Positions 8,414 through 18,005 of a stretch of DNA of 64,000 nucleotides are shown piece after piece. The notes under the pieces were generated by a model that was not told the origin of the DNA, did not search any database, and saw only the letters and a list, made by a program, of their open reading frames with translations. This stretch comes from an uncultured Eubacteriales bacterium (GTDB lineage Bacteria; Bacillota; Clostridia; Oscillospirales; Acutalibacteraceae). The position numbers and the translations under genes are program-made. Position 1 is the stretch's first letter. The number at the start of each line of letters is the position of its first letter. The stretch covers positions 109,623 through 173,622 of the forward strand of contig CAKSHM010000006.1 of NCBI GenBank assembly GCA_934457415.1, written 5' to 3'.

Positions 8414-9745
8414 ATGAAAGCACCGGAAAGCATACTTTCGCCGGTAAAGAGATTCCGCGGCGGAACGGAGCTTGAGCATAACAAGAACACGGAAAATTTT
8501 GAAACCGTTTCAATGCCCGTAAGCGAAAGTGTATGTATTCCTCTTTTACAGCATATCGGAGCGCCTTGCGAACCGATTGTAAAAAAAGGCGATAAGGTTT
8601 TCGTCGGAACAAAAATCGCTCAGAGTGAAAAAGCTGTTTCAGCTCCTATTCATTCAAGCTGTTCAGGCGAGGTTTCGGATATTAAGGATATTGATATTAA
8701 CGGCCGTGCGGTTAAATGTATAATAATAAAATCCGACGGCGAAATGACGCCTGACCCAAATCTTAAGCCGTTTAAGGTGAAATCGGCGGAGGATCTTGAA
8801 AAAGCGGCATTTGAAAGCGGACTTGTAGGCTTAGGCGGAGCAGGTTTTCCGACATATATAAAATTCAAGGCGGAAACCGCCGCTAAAATAGACACACTTA
8901 TTGTAAATGCCGCCGAATGTGAGCCGTATATCACTTCAGACTACAGAGAAAGCCTTGAAAACTTCAACGATATAATTGAGGGCGTTTATTTAATCAAGGA
9001 AATTCTGCATTTACAGAAGGTTATAATCTGCGTTGAAAGCAATAAGCCTAAGGCCATAGACAAGCTTATGCTTGTCGCCGCCGACCACCGCGACGCAGAC
9101 GATACGGTTAAGTTAATGAGACTTCCGGATAAATACCCTCAGGGAGCGGAAAAGCTGATCGTCTACTCTGCTACGGGAAGAAAAATACCTTTAGGAAAGC
9201 TTCCGAGCGATGTAGGATGTATTGTTTCAAACATTACCACTATCGGAACACTGTACAGATTTATCACAACAGGTATGCCGCTCGTATCAAAAAGAATCAC
9301 GGTTGACGGAACGGCAATAAAAGAGCCTAAAAATCTGCAGGTTCCTATCGGAACATCTGTTAAGGATATCGAAAAGTATATTAGCGAAGAAGAAATTGAC
9401 GCGGATAAAATAATCTTCGGCGGTCCGATGATGGGTGTTTCAGTTGCCGATGAAAATGCCGTTATAGAAAAGCGAACGAATGCAGTCTTATTTATGAAAC
9501 CTAAGACAGCTAAAAGCACAACCAGCTGTATTCACTGCGGACGCTGTGCCAAAGTCTGTCCGGTGAAATTATATCCTGCAAGCGTTGAAGCGGCGCTGAA
9601 TGCCGGTTTACATGACAGACTTGATAATTTAAACACCGCTTACTGTATCGAATGCGGCTGCTGCTCTTATGTATGTCCGGCATCACGCCCGCTTACTCAG
9701 GCAATGCGCACCGCGAAAGCAGAACTCAGGAGGAATAAAAAATGA
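8414..9745 (+). CDS. rnfC: Rnf electron transport complex subunit C
   Basis: Two 4Fe-4S motifs (CIHCGRCAKVCP, CIECGCCSYVCP) and GLGGAGFPT. ATG 8414 follows GGAGGGAAAGCG; the track start at 8336 is an upstream extension. Confidence 0.92.
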   Translation: MKAPESILSPVKRFRGGTELEHNKNTENFETVSMPVSESVCIPLLQHIGAPCEPIVKKGDKVFVGTKIAQSEKAVSAPIHSSCSGEVSDIKDIDINGRAVKCIIIKSDGEMTPDPNLKPFKVKSAEDLEKAAFESGLVGLGGAGFPTYIKFKAETAAKIDTLIVNAAECEPYITSDYRESLENFNDIIEGVYLIKEILHLQKVIICVESNKPKAIDKLMLVAADHRDADDTVKLMRLPDKYPQGAEKLIVYSATGRKIPLGKLPSDVGCIVSNITTIGTLYRFITTGMPLVSKRITVDGTAIKEPKNLQVPIGTSVKDIEKYISEEEIDADKIIFGGPMMGVSVADENAVIEKRTNAVLFMKPKTAKSTTSCIHCGRCAKVCPVKLYPASVEAALNAGLHDRLDNLNTAYCIECGCCSYVCPASRPLTQAMRTAKAELRRNKK

Positions 9746-10686
9746 AAGAACTTTTAAAAGCTTCCTCTTCTCCTCATATCCGCCACCCCGAATCCACGCG
9801 CGGAATCATGGCCGATGTCGTAATAGCATTGCTGCCGGCAGCTGTTTTCGGCTGTATTCTTTACGGAATTCATGCCGTGCTTGTGCTTTTGGTATGTGTT
9901 GCAGCCGCTGTTTTATCGGAATTTTTATGGAATTTAATTCTTAAAAAGCCCAATACAGCAGGCGATTTTTCGGCTGTGGTTACAGGACTTCTTTTAGGAA
10001 TGAATTTAAGTCCGAAAATGCCGTTATGGATGGCGGCAATAGGCTCAATTACGGCAATTATAATTGTTAAGCAGATGTTCGGGGGACTCGGTCACAATTT
10101 TGTAAACCCTGCGATAGCCGCAAGAATTATTCTTATGGTCTCCTTCCCGTCTGCAATGAACAGATTTATAGACCCGATTTTTTCGACCGGAAAAACCGCG
10201 GGAATTATCACAAGCGCAACACCCTTAAGCGATCCGAGTGCAGGTATAAGCCTCAAATATGCGTTTTTCGGTCTTTACAGGGGATGTATCGGAGAGACAA
10301 GCGCATTTCTTCTTATAATCGGCGGTATTTATCTTGTTATAAGGAAAATTATCTCTCCGGCAATTCCATTATCATTTTTAGGAACGGTAGCTGTACTTAG
10401 CCTGATTTCGGGGGTGAACGCACCGATGCAGCTTTTCACCGGCGGCTTAATGCTCGGAGCGATATTCATGGCTACCGATTACACTACATCGCCTACAAGC
10501 CTGCTCGGTAAAATAATTTTCGGAATAGGCTGCGGCGCTATAACATTCGCTATAAGAAAATACGGAAGTCTGCCTGAGGGAGTTTCTTATTCAATAATTC
10601 TTATGAATATTGCAACTCCGCTTATCAACAGATTTACTTTAAGAAAGCCTTTCGGCTTTGTTAAGGAGGTTAAAGCAGATGACTGA
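9742..10686 (+). CDS. rnfD: Rnf complex subunit D
   Basis: 314-aa polytopic protein with SSPHIR near the N-terminus and an ATDYTTSP (FMN attachment-type) motif. Second in the rnf gene order. Confidence 0.9.
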   Translation: MKELLKASSSPHIRHPESTRGIMADVVIALLPAAVFGCILYGIHAVLVLLVCVAAAVLSEFLWNLILKKPNTAGDFSAVVTGLLLGMNLSPKMPLWMAAIGSITAIIIVKQMFGGLGHNFVNPAIAARIILMVSFPSAMNRFIDPIFSTGKTAGIITSATPLSDPSAGISLKYAFFGLYRGCIGETSAFLLIIGGIYLVIRKIISPAIPLSFLGTVAVLSLISGVNAPMQLFTGGLMLGAIFMATDYTTSPTSLLGKIIFGIGCGAITFAIRKYGSLPEGVSYSIILMNIATPLINRFTLRKPFGFVKEVKADD

Positions 10687-11266
10687 AAAAAAGATAAGCT
10701 TTAAATCCGACCTGTTGTTTCCCACGCTTACGCTTGTTTGTATCTGTCTTGTTGTGACCTTGGCGCTCAGCGGAACAAATATGCTGACAAAGAAAAAAAT
10801 TGAAAAGCTTACAAAGGACAATCAAAACAAATCCATGAGTGAGCTTATTCCGGCAGACGAATATGTTGAGTTTCCCGTTTCCGGAGATGATATCGACGGG
10901 TCTTATAAAGCCGTTAAGGACGGAGAAGAAATAGGATATATATTTATCACCTCATCAAAGGGCTATGGCGGAGACGTTTCGGTTATGACAGCAATTAACC
11001 CTGATAAAACGGTTAAAGCCATAAAAATCCTTTCTGCTGACGATGAAACCCCCGGACTTGGACAAAATGTCCTTAAATCCGATTTTGCAAAGCAGTATTC
11101 GGGTCTTAAAAACGAAATAAGCGTTGTAAAAAACGGTGCTGACGGAAATAAAAACGAAGTAAACGCGGTTACGGGAGCTACCAGAAGCTCAAAGGCTGTT
11201 ACAAATGCCGTAAATAAGGCTCTTAAGGCTATAGGCGGAACGGAGGAGAGCGGTACAGATGAATAA
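10679..11266 (+). CDS. rnfG: Rnf complex subunit G
   Basis: Single N-terminal TM segment and an FMN-binding VNAVTGATRSS motif. AAGGAGG RBS at 10663-10669. Confidence 0.88.
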   Translation: MTEKKISFKSDLLFPTLTLVCICLVVTLALSGTNMLTKKKIEKLTKDNQNKSMSELIPADEYVEFPVSGDDIDGSYKAVKDGEEIGYIFITSSKGYGGDVSVMTAINPDKTVKAIKILSADDETPGLGQNVLKSDFAKQYSGLKNEISVVKNGADGNKNEVNAVTGATRSSKAVTNAVNKALKAIGGTEESGTDE

Positions 11267-11942
11267 AAATCTTAAAATTTTAACAAACGGACTTATAAAA
11301 GAAAATCCTGTTTTAAGGCTTGTACTCGGCACCTGTCCTACCCTTGCCGTTACAACCTCGGCAAAAAACGGTCTCGGAATGGGAATTGCCGCAACAGCTG
11401 TTTTGATCTGCTCAAATCTTGTTATTTCTCTGCTTAGAAAAGTAATCCCCGACAGGGTCAGAATTCCTGCTTTTATCACCATTATTGCGGGCTTTGTAAG
11501 CGTAGTTCAGCTTCTTGTAAAAGCTTATGCGCCCTCCATAGACAAATCACTCGGAATATTTTTGCCTCTTATAGTCGTAAACTGCATAATACTCGCAAGA
11601 GCCGAAATGTTCGCCTCTAAAAATTCCGTTTTGCCGAGCGTGCTTGACGGTCTGGGAATGGGAATAGGATTTACCGCCACTCTGACGCTTATGGGTATAA
11701 TCAGAGAATTTTTAGGCGCGGGAACATTTTTTGCGCTTCCTGTAACCTCAAAGGTTATAAGCCCTATGATTATTTTCCTGTTGCCACCCGGAGGATTCTT
11801 TGTTTTCGGAATTCTTGTCGCGGTATCAAACGCATTGGCTAAAAAATCAGGAAAAAAACCGATAGAAGAACTGAATTGCAAAAACTGCCCTTCAAAGGGA
11901 ATTTGCACAAGAATTAAAACCGAGGAGGAATGTGCGAAATGA
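11259..11942 (+). CDS. rnfE: Rnf complex subunit E
   Basis: NPVLRLVLGTCPTLAVTTSA and LPLIVVNCIILARAE are typical of RnfE/NqrD. Confidence 0.9.
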   Translation: MNKNLKILTNGLIKENPVLRLVLGTCPTLAVTTSAKNGLGMGIAATAVLICSNLVISLLRKVIPDRVRIPAFITIIAGFVSVVQLLVKAYAPSIDKSLGIFLPLIVVNCIILARAEMFASKNSVLPSVLDGLGMGIGFTATLTLMGIIREFLGAGTFFALPVTSKVISPMIIFLLPPGGFFVFGILVAVSNALAKKSGKKPIEELNCKNCPSKGICTRIKTEEECAK

Positions 11943-12547
11943 ACACCTATGTAATGCTCGCTTCCATTCTTCTTGCAGGAATACTCAGCAACAATATGGT
12001 GCTTTCGAAGTTTTTAGGTATTTGCTCCTTCTTAGGCGTTTCAAAAAAGACTTCCACGGCTGTTTCCATGAGTCTTGCCGTTATTCTTGTTATGATTATT
12101 TCAACCGCCGTCACCTATCCTATTTATTATTTCATATTGAGGGATAAATACGAATATCTTCTTACGGTGGTTTTCATTCTTGTTATTGCGGCGGTTGTTC
12201 AGCTGCTCGAAATTCTTATGAAAAAATTCATGAGACCCCTTTATCTGGCGCTCGGAATTTATCTTCCGCTTATAACGACCAACTGCGCGGTGCTTGGAAT
12301 TACCATGCTCAACACCACCGACTTTGACGCAAAGACTTATTCTTTTTCAAAGCTCTATCTTTTCTCGCTTACAAACGCATTTGCGGCAGGAGCAGGATTT
12401 TTGCTCGCAATGCTTTTATTCTCAGGAGTCCGCGAAAGACTTGAAACCGCCGATGTCCCCGATTTTTTAAAGGGACTTCCGATCACACTTATTGCGGCGG
12501 CGCTTGTTTCCCTTTCATTTTTGGGCTTTGCAGGAATCGGAGGTTAA
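11939..12547 (+). CDS. rnfA: Rnf complex subunit A
   Basis: NNMVLSKFLGICSFLGVSKK and LPLITTNCAVLG are typical of RnfA/NqrE. ATG 11939 is better spaced from GAGGAGGA than the track start at 11930. Confidence 0.9.
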   Translation: MNTYVMLASILLAGILSNNMVLSKFLGICSFLGVSKKTSTAVSMSLAVILVMIISTAVTYPIYYFILRDKYEYLLTVVFILVIAAVVQLLEILMKKFMRPLYLALGIYLPLITTNCAVLGITMLNTTDFDAKTYSFSKLYLFSLTNAFAAGAGFLLAMLLFSGVRERLETADVPDFLKGLPITLIAAALVSLSFLGFAGIGG

Positions 12548-12550
12548 ATT

Positions 12551-13330
12551 ATGAGTGCTGTAATTATACCGGTTCTGTTTGTCACGGGAATAGGAATTAT
12601 CGCAGGAATAGGACTTTCCTTAGCGACTGTGTTTTTCGGAGTTAAAACCGACGAAAAACAGGAAAAAATCAGGGAATGTCTCCCCGGAGCCAACTGCGGC
12701 TCATGCGGATATTCCGGATGCGACGGATATGCCGCAGCGATAGCCTCGGGCGAAGCCTCACCCGATAAATGCACACCCGGCGGAAAAGAAACCGCCGAAA
12801 AGCTTTCCGAAATTTTAGGAGTTAAAATAACAGCCAAGCCGAAAGCGGCATTTATTGCCTGCGGAACAGGCTGCGAAAAAGCAAAGTCTTTATATGAGTA
12901 TCAGGGAATAAAAAGCTGTCTTTCAGCGTCTCTTGTTTTAAACGGACCTAAGGCTTGCGTCTACGGATGCATTGGCTTCGGCGACTGCATTAAAGCTTGC
13001 AATTTCGGCGCTATTACAATGGAAAACGGAAAGCCTGTGGTTTGTGAAGAGCTTTGCAGGGGCTGCGGAGAATGTCAGACGGTATGTCCTAAGTCTCTTA
13101 TAGAGCTTGTCCCTCAAAAAGCCAAGGCACATGTTGCCTGCAAAAACAAAGATAAAGGGCCTAAGGTAGTAAAAAACTGCTCTGTTTCCTGCATTGGGTG
13201 CGGAGCCTGCGAAAGAGCATGCCGTTTCGGTGCAATCAAGGTTATCGATAATGTTGCGGTTATTGATTACGACAAATGCAAAAATTGCAAGGCATGCGTT
13301 AAGGCGTGCAGCCGGGAAGTAATCAAATAA
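12551..13330 (+). CDS. rnfB: Rnf complex subunit B (polyferredoxin)
   Basis: N-terminal TM segment, CGSCGYSGCDGYA motif and several CxxCxxCxxxC clusters. Confidence 0.9.
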   Translation: MSAVIIPVLFVTGIGIIAGIGLSLATVFFGVKTDEKQEKIRECLPGANCGSCGYSGCDGYAAAIASGEASPDKCTPGGKETAEKLSEILGVKITAKPKAAFIACGTGCEKAKSLYEYQGIKSCLSASLVLNGPKACVYGCIGFGDCIKACNFGAITMENGKPVVCEELCRGCGECQTVCPKSLIELVPQKAKAHVACKNKDKGPKVVKNCSVSCIGCGACERACRFGAIKVIDNVAVIDYDKCKNCKACVKACSREVIK

Positions 13331-13331
13331 T

Positions 13332-13649
13332 ATGGCAACAAGCAAGGATTATATAGATTTTGTTTTGGAGCAGGTCAAAGATTTCGGCGATGTAACGGCT
13401 CGCAAAATGTTCGGCGAATATATGGTTTATTTCTCATCAAAGCCGATTTTACTCGTTTGCGATAACACAGTATTTATAAAAATTCTGCCAGATACTTCAA
13501 AAATAATGGAAAACGCCGAGCGCGGCTTTCCTTATGACGGGGCAAAGGAGCATTATATTCTCGATATCGAAAACAGAGAGCTTTTAGAAAAAATAATTCC
13601 TGTTTTAATTGAAATTACTCCCCTGCCGAAAAGAAAACGAAAAGCATAA
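13332..13649 (+). CDS. TfoX N-terminal domain family protein
   Basis: TARKMFGEYMVYFSSKPILLVCDNTVFIK matches the TfoX_N pattern. Starts 2 nt after the rnfB stop. Confidence 0.7.
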   Translation: MATSKDYIDFVLEQVKDFGDVTARKMFGEYMVYFSSKPILLVCDNTVFIKILPDTSKIMENAERGFPYDGAKEHYILDIENRELLEKIIPVLIEITPLPKRKRKA

Positions 13650-13652
13650 AAA

Positions 13653-13681
13653 AGCGTGCAAGCCAAAAAGACTTGCACGCT
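13653..13681. terminator. Bidirectional terminator (rnf operon / ispH-rpsA)
   Basis: agcgtgcaag / cttgcacgct stem with A-run upstream and T-rich tract downstream. Confidence 0.8.
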
Positions 13682-13696
13682 TCATTTATATTATTT

Positions 13697-15736
13697 TTAT
13701 TCAGCAGTATTTTCTGTCTCTGCTGTTTCTTCGGCTGCGGGTTCCTCAGCCTTTACCTCTTCCGCTTCTGCTTCCTCAGCAGGGGCAAGCAAGGCACGGA
13801 TAGAAAGGCTTACGCGCTTTTTCTCCTGATCAATTGCAATTATTTTAGCCTTAACCTCATCGCCTACGGAAAGCTCATCCTGCGGCTTCTCAACATGCTT
13901 ATCGGCAATCTGAGAAATATGAATAAGTCCGTCAACACCGGGGAGAATTCTTGCAAACGCACCGTAAGAAGTAATGCTTACTATCTTAACATCCGCAACA
14001 TCGCCTACGGCAAACTTATTATTGAAAATGGTCCAAGGATTATCCTCTTCCTTCTTGTAGCCGAGAGAAATCTTTCTCTTCTCAGGGTCAAGAGCCTTGA
14101 CATATACTTCAACGGTATCGCCGACAGAAAGAACTTCGGCAGGATTTTTGATACGCTGCCAAGAAAGCTCGGAAATGTGAACCATTCCGTCAACGCCGCC
14201 GATATCTACAAACGCGCCGTAAGAAGTAAGGGACTTAACAACGCCTGTAAATCTGTCGCCGACAGCTATATCAGCCCATACCTTATCCTCAGCTGCCTTA
14301 CGCTGTTCACGGAGAACGCTGCGGATAGAGCCGACAGCTCTTCTGCCTCTTCCGATTTCAATAATCCTGAACTGTACCGTCTTGCCCTTTAAATCCTCGA
14401 GGGACTTATTTCGCGAAAGAGTTGCCTGAGAAGCAGGAATAAAGATACGGATATTGTCAGAATAAATCTGAACGCCGCCTTTGACAATGTCCTTAACGAC
14501 TCCGGTAAGGATTTCTCCGGACTCTTTAGCGGCAACTATATTGTCCCAACCGGCAATAGCATCATAACGACGCTTTGAAAGCATTGCGGTTCCTTCCTGA
14601 TCGTTGGTCTTCATAATGATAAGATCAAGCTTATCACCGACTTTTACTTCGTCCTCAAGCTTAACATTGGGGTCTAAAGAATATTCGTCAGCTGATATGT
14701 AGCCTGCAAGACCTCTTCCGATATCAACCTGAATTTCGGTCGGGCTAACTGCAAGAACAGTACCCGTTACCTTCTGATCCCCTGTTAAGTTGCTGAGCGA
14801 AGCTTCAAATGCTTCCTCATCTGTCATTTCTTCGAAGCTTTTTTGAACAGTTACATTTCCCTCCGTCTGTTCATCAACCGGTTGTAAAATTTCCGACATG
14901 GTTTTAATAACCTCCCTTATAATACCCGCGGGTGTGGATGCACCTGCGACGACTCCGACGCTTTCGCAGCCCGAAAAGAAATCCATCCGCAATTCTTCGG
15001 CGGTTTCAATCAAAACGGTTTTTTCGCAAACAGCACTGCATACATCATAAAGCTTTGATGTATTAGAGCTGTGCCTGCCGCCGATAACAACCATACAGTC
15101 ATTAACGCCCGCAAGTTTTTGCGCCTCGCTCTGACGCATCGAAGTAGCATTACATATTGTATCAAATATTTTCGCATTTGTACATAGTTTTTTTAAAAAA
15201 ATTTGAGCTTTTTCCCATTTTTTTGCGTTAAAAGTGGTCTGGCTGACCGCGGTAAGCGGTTTTTTTATAAGATTTTCATTGTTTTTGAAAATTTCTTCCA
15301 GTTCATTGAGAGATGAAAAAACAAAATAATCGCCTGTTATATGCCCGATTATTCCCTTGACCTCCTGATGCTCTTTATCTCCTGCAATCAGAATTGTATC
15401 TCCCAAATTACTTTTATCTTTTACGATTTTATGTATCTTCGCAACAAACGGGCAGGTTGCGTCGCAGACCTGCAATTCTAAACTCTTAGCCCGTTTATAA
15501 ATATCCTCTCCCACTCCGTGAGAGCGGATAACAAGCGTATACCCCTCGGGGACCTCCTCTGGTCTTTCCACAACAATAACTCCCCTGCTCTTAAGTTCAT
15601 TTACAAGCTGGTCGTTATGAATAATCTGCCCTAATGTCGCAACCTTTTTATTTTCGGATAAAAGCCCGTAAACCGTCTGAACCGCTCGGTCAACCCCAAA
15701 GCAGAAGCCTGCGGTTTTCGCAAGAGTAATTCTCAT
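13697..15736 (-). CDS. ispH: Bifunctional 4-hydroxy-3-methylbut-2-enyl diphosphate reductase (IspH/LytB) fused to a ribosomal protein S1-like domain array
   Basis: N-terminus MRITLAKTAGFCFGVDRAV, about 280 aa of IspH. Followed by four S1 OB-fold repeats and an acidic tail. 679 aa total. Confidence 0.9.
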   Translation of the reverse strand: MRITLAKTAGFCFGVDRAVQTVYGLLSENKKVATLGQIIHNDQLVNELKSRGVIVVERPEEVPEGYTLVIRSHGVGEDIYKRAKSLELQVCDATCPFVAKIHKIVKDKSNLGDTILIAGDKEHQEVKGIIGHITGDYFVFSSLNELEEIFKNNENLIKKPLTAVSQTTFNAKKWEKAQIFLKKLCTNAKIFDTICNATSMRQSEAQKLAGVNDCMVVIGGRHSSNTSKLYDVCSAVCEKTVLIETAEELRMDFFSGCESVGVVAGASTPAGIIREVIKTMSEILQPVDEQTEGNVTVQKSFEEMTDEEAFEASLSNLTGDQKVTGTVLAVSPTEIQVDIGRGLAGYISADEYSLDPNVKLEDEVKVGDKLDLIIMKTNDQEGTAMLSKRRYDAIAGWDNIVAAKESGEILTGVVKDIVKGGVQIYSDNIRIFIPASQATLSRNKSLEDLKGKTVQFRIIEIGRGRRAVGSIRSVLREQRKAAEDKVWADIAVGDRFTGVVKSLTSYGAFVDIGGVDGMVHISELSWQRIKNPAEVLSVGDTVEVYVKALDPEKRKISLGYKKEEDNPWTIFNNKFAVGDVADVKIVSITSYGAFARILPGVDGLIHISQIADKHVEKPQDELSVGDEVKAKIIAIDQEKKRVSLSIRALLAPAEEAEAEEVKAEEPAAEETAETENTAE

Positions 15737-16407
15737 AATTCGGCTCCAAGCTTATCTTTTATGATTTTAACTACCATCTGTGTCGACTCTTCGAGATTAT
15801 TTCCCGTGGTATCCGCAAGGATAGAATCCTCAGCAGGCTTTAAGGGAGCAATTTCTCTGTGTGAATCGTTATAATCCCTAGTCTTTATATCTTCTTCAAT
15901 TTCGGAAAGCTCGACCTTCATTCCCTTTTCCGTAAGCTCTCTGTATCTTCTCAATGCTCTTTCACGAACAGAGGCTGTAAGAAAAATCTTGACCTGAGCG
16001 TTCGGCAAAACAACGGTACCTATATCTCTTCCGTCCATAATAACATTATTTTTCCTTGCAAGCTCCCTTTGCATTTCAAGTAAAAATGCCCTGACCTCCG
16101 GTTTTGAGGAAACGGCAGAAGCCATCATTGAAGCCTCAGGTGTACGGATAAGGGATGAAACATCCTTTCCGTCAAGATAAACATGCTGTTCGCCGTTTTC
16201 AAAGGCAATATCAATTTTTGTATTACTTAAAATACCGTCAATAGGCATATCGCTGTCTCGGTCATACCCGCAATTGCTGAATTTAAGGCCTATAGCTCTG
16301 TAAAGAGCGCCGGTATCAACATATATAAAGCCGAGCTTTTCGGCTGCGGCTTTAGCCACCGTGCTTTTGCCTGCTCCGGCAGGTCCGTCTATTGCTACAG
16401 AAATCAT
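15733..16407 (-). CDS. cmk: Cytidylate kinase
   Basis: ISVAIDGPAGAGKSTVAK P-loop and GRDIGTVVLP motif. Confidence 0.92.
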   Translation of the reverse strand: MISVAIDGPAGAGKSTVAKAAAEKLGFIYVDTGALYRAIGLKFSNCGYDRDSDMPIDGILSNTKIDIAFENGEQHVYLDGKDVSSLIRTPEASMMASAVSSKPEVRAFLLEMQRELARKNNVIMDGRDIGTVVLPNAQVKIFLTASVRERALRRYRELTEKGMKVELSEIEEDIKTRDYNDSHREIAPLKPAEDSILADTTGNNLEESTQMVVKIIKDKLGAEL

Positions 16408-16413
16408 TTTAAA

Positions 16414-17655
16414 CTATTCTCCGTTCTCCGATATGCTTTTCCCTGCTAAATAACCTGTTGAAAAAGCTATCTGTAAATTAAAGCCGCCGGTTAAAGCGTC
16501 CACATCTATTATTTCCCCGCAAAAGTATAAATTTTCAAATTTTTTTGATTGCATTGTTCCGGGATTTATTTCCTTTACATCTATTCCGCCCGAGGTTATT
16601 ATAGCCTCCTCTATAGGTCTTAAGCCTTCGACATGAAGCGTAAGATTTTTAAGTATAAGGCATAAATCCTGTCTTTCTTTTTTGCTTATCTGATTTAGCT
16701 TTGTTTTACCGTCAATATGAGAAAGCTTTATAATAACCGGAATAAGGCTCTTCGGAACAAGCTTTGATAAAGAATTTGAAAAATTAAGATTCGGCTCTGA
16801 TGAAAAATCCCTTAAAATCCTTGCGTCAAGCATTTCGGGGGTTAAAGCAGGTTTTAAATCTATAACCGCCTTATAGCTTGCTCCCTTTTTTCTCATCTTT
16901 GCAGAGGCGCTGAGTACCAAAGGTCCGGAAATTCCGAAATGAGTAAACAAAAGCTCGCCCAATCCCTCAAAAACAGGCTTTTTTGACTCGTTTTCAAATA
17001 CAGAAAGCTTTATATTTTTTAAAGTCAGCCCCGAAAGGTGAGAGCAAAAGCCTTCCCTGCACTCAAAAGGCACAAGCGACGGTAAAAGCTCAGTTACTTT
17101 TATTCCAAGCTTTTGCGCCATTTTATATCCGTCTCCTGTCGAGCCGGTAAGCGGATAGGAAACTCCACCGGTTGCAAGGACGATATAATCGGCATTTATT
17201 TTTTCTCCGTTGCTTAAAACTGCTTCGTATACGATACCGTTTTCGGCTTTTATTTCTTTTACCGTTCCCTTAAGGATTTTACATTTCTCTTTTTTTACGG
17301 CATTAACTAAAGCGTCCACAATATCCAAAGACTTATCGGAGACGGGAAAAACGCGGTTTCCTCTTTCGGTTTTTAAAGGTACTCCAAGCGTTTTAAAAAG
17401 CTCCATTGTATCAGAGCTTGAAAAGGAAGAAAAAGCCGAATACAAAAACTTTTCATTTTTTGTAACATTTTCAAGAAGTGTTCTTAAATCGCAGTTATTC
17501 GTTACATTGCATCTTCCCTTGCCCGTTATCATAAGCTTTCTTGCGGGGCGGTCGTTTTTCTCGATAAGGGTAACAGAAACATTTTTATTTTTTGCGGCAA
17601 AATAAGCCGCAGTAAGCCCCGAAGCGCCTGCACCGATAACTATTGCATTTTTCAT
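16414..17655 (-). CDS. NAD(P)/FAD-dependent oxidoreductase, HI0933/YhiN (BaiN-like) family
   Basis: VIGAGASGL dinucleotide fold, KGRCNVTN motif, 413 aa. Confidence 0.8.
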   Translation of the reverse strand: MKNAIVIGAGASGLTAAYFAAKNKNVSVTLIEKNDRPARKLMITGKGRCNVTNNCDLRTLLENVTKNEKFLYSAFSSFSSSDTMELFKTLGVPLKTERGNRVFPVSDKSLDIVDALVNAVKKEKCKILKGTVKEIKAENGIVYEAVLSNGEKINADYIVLATGGVSYPLTGSTGDGYKMAQKLGIKVTELLPSLVPFECREGFCSHLSGLTLKNIKLSVFENESKKPVFEGLGELLFTHFGISGPLVLSASAKMRKKGASYKAVIDLKPALTPEMLDARILRDFSSEPNLNFSNSLSKLVPKSLIPVIIKLSHIDGKTKLNQISKKERQDLCLILKNLTLHVEGLRPIEEAIITSGGIDVKEINPGTMQSKKFENLYFCGEIIDVDALTGGFNLQIAFSTGYLAGKSISENGE

Positions 17656-17715
17656 TTCCCCACCTCTTTTTAACTTATATATTTTACTATATTTTTATAT
17701 AAAAGTAAACAGCAA

Positions 17716-17743
17716 AAAACGGACAATTCAAATGTCCGTTTTT
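17716..17743. repeat. Copy 1 of a 28-bp direct repeat that is itself a terminator-like hairpin
   Basis: AAAACGGACAATTCAAATGTCCGTTTTT, identical to 17974-18001. Confidence 0.85.
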
Positions 17744-17973
17744 GAGCGTGTCGACTTTTTCGACACGCTCTTGGACGGGAATGCCGTTCGCTCGAAAATC
17801 ATAGATTTTCGGACTGCACTCTATCCCCGCCAATACCACCCCTGCGTTCTTGAAAAACCGCTTATTCGGCGGTTTTTCGCTTACAAAGTGTTTTTTCGCC
17901 GCACCTGTCGCCGAAAAAACAAAATGCGGCGTAAACGCCGCAACACAACCTGATTTATTGTTATTGACAAACT

Positions 17974-18002
17974 AAAACGGACAATTCAAATGTCCGTTTT
18001 TT
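17974..18002. terminator. Copy 2 of the 28-bp hairpin repeat; functional terminator position for the gene ending at 18006
   Basis: aaaacggaca / tgtccgtttt stem flanked by A- and T-runs, directly downstream of the minus-strand gene ending at 18006. Confidence 0.75.
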
Positions 18003-18005
18003 AAT

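Noticed and set aside
13673-14392. 239-aa ORF antisense to ispH-rpsA. Similar long antisense ORFs lie inside ppdK (28160-28654, 29264-30058), nifJ (43224-43706, 44613-45365, 46263-46763) and the ABC genes (47357-47806, 48554-48964).
   Set aside because: They lie entirely within strongly supported genes on the opposite strand. They have low-complexity or Cys/Arg/Leu-rich compositions typical of antisense frames, and they lack RBS motifs.
17732-17953. 73-aa ORF inside the 230-bp insert between the duplicated hairpins.
   Set aside because: It is Arg/Lys-rich and low-complexity, has no RBS, and spans several obvious DNA/RNA stems. It is almost certainly non-coding.
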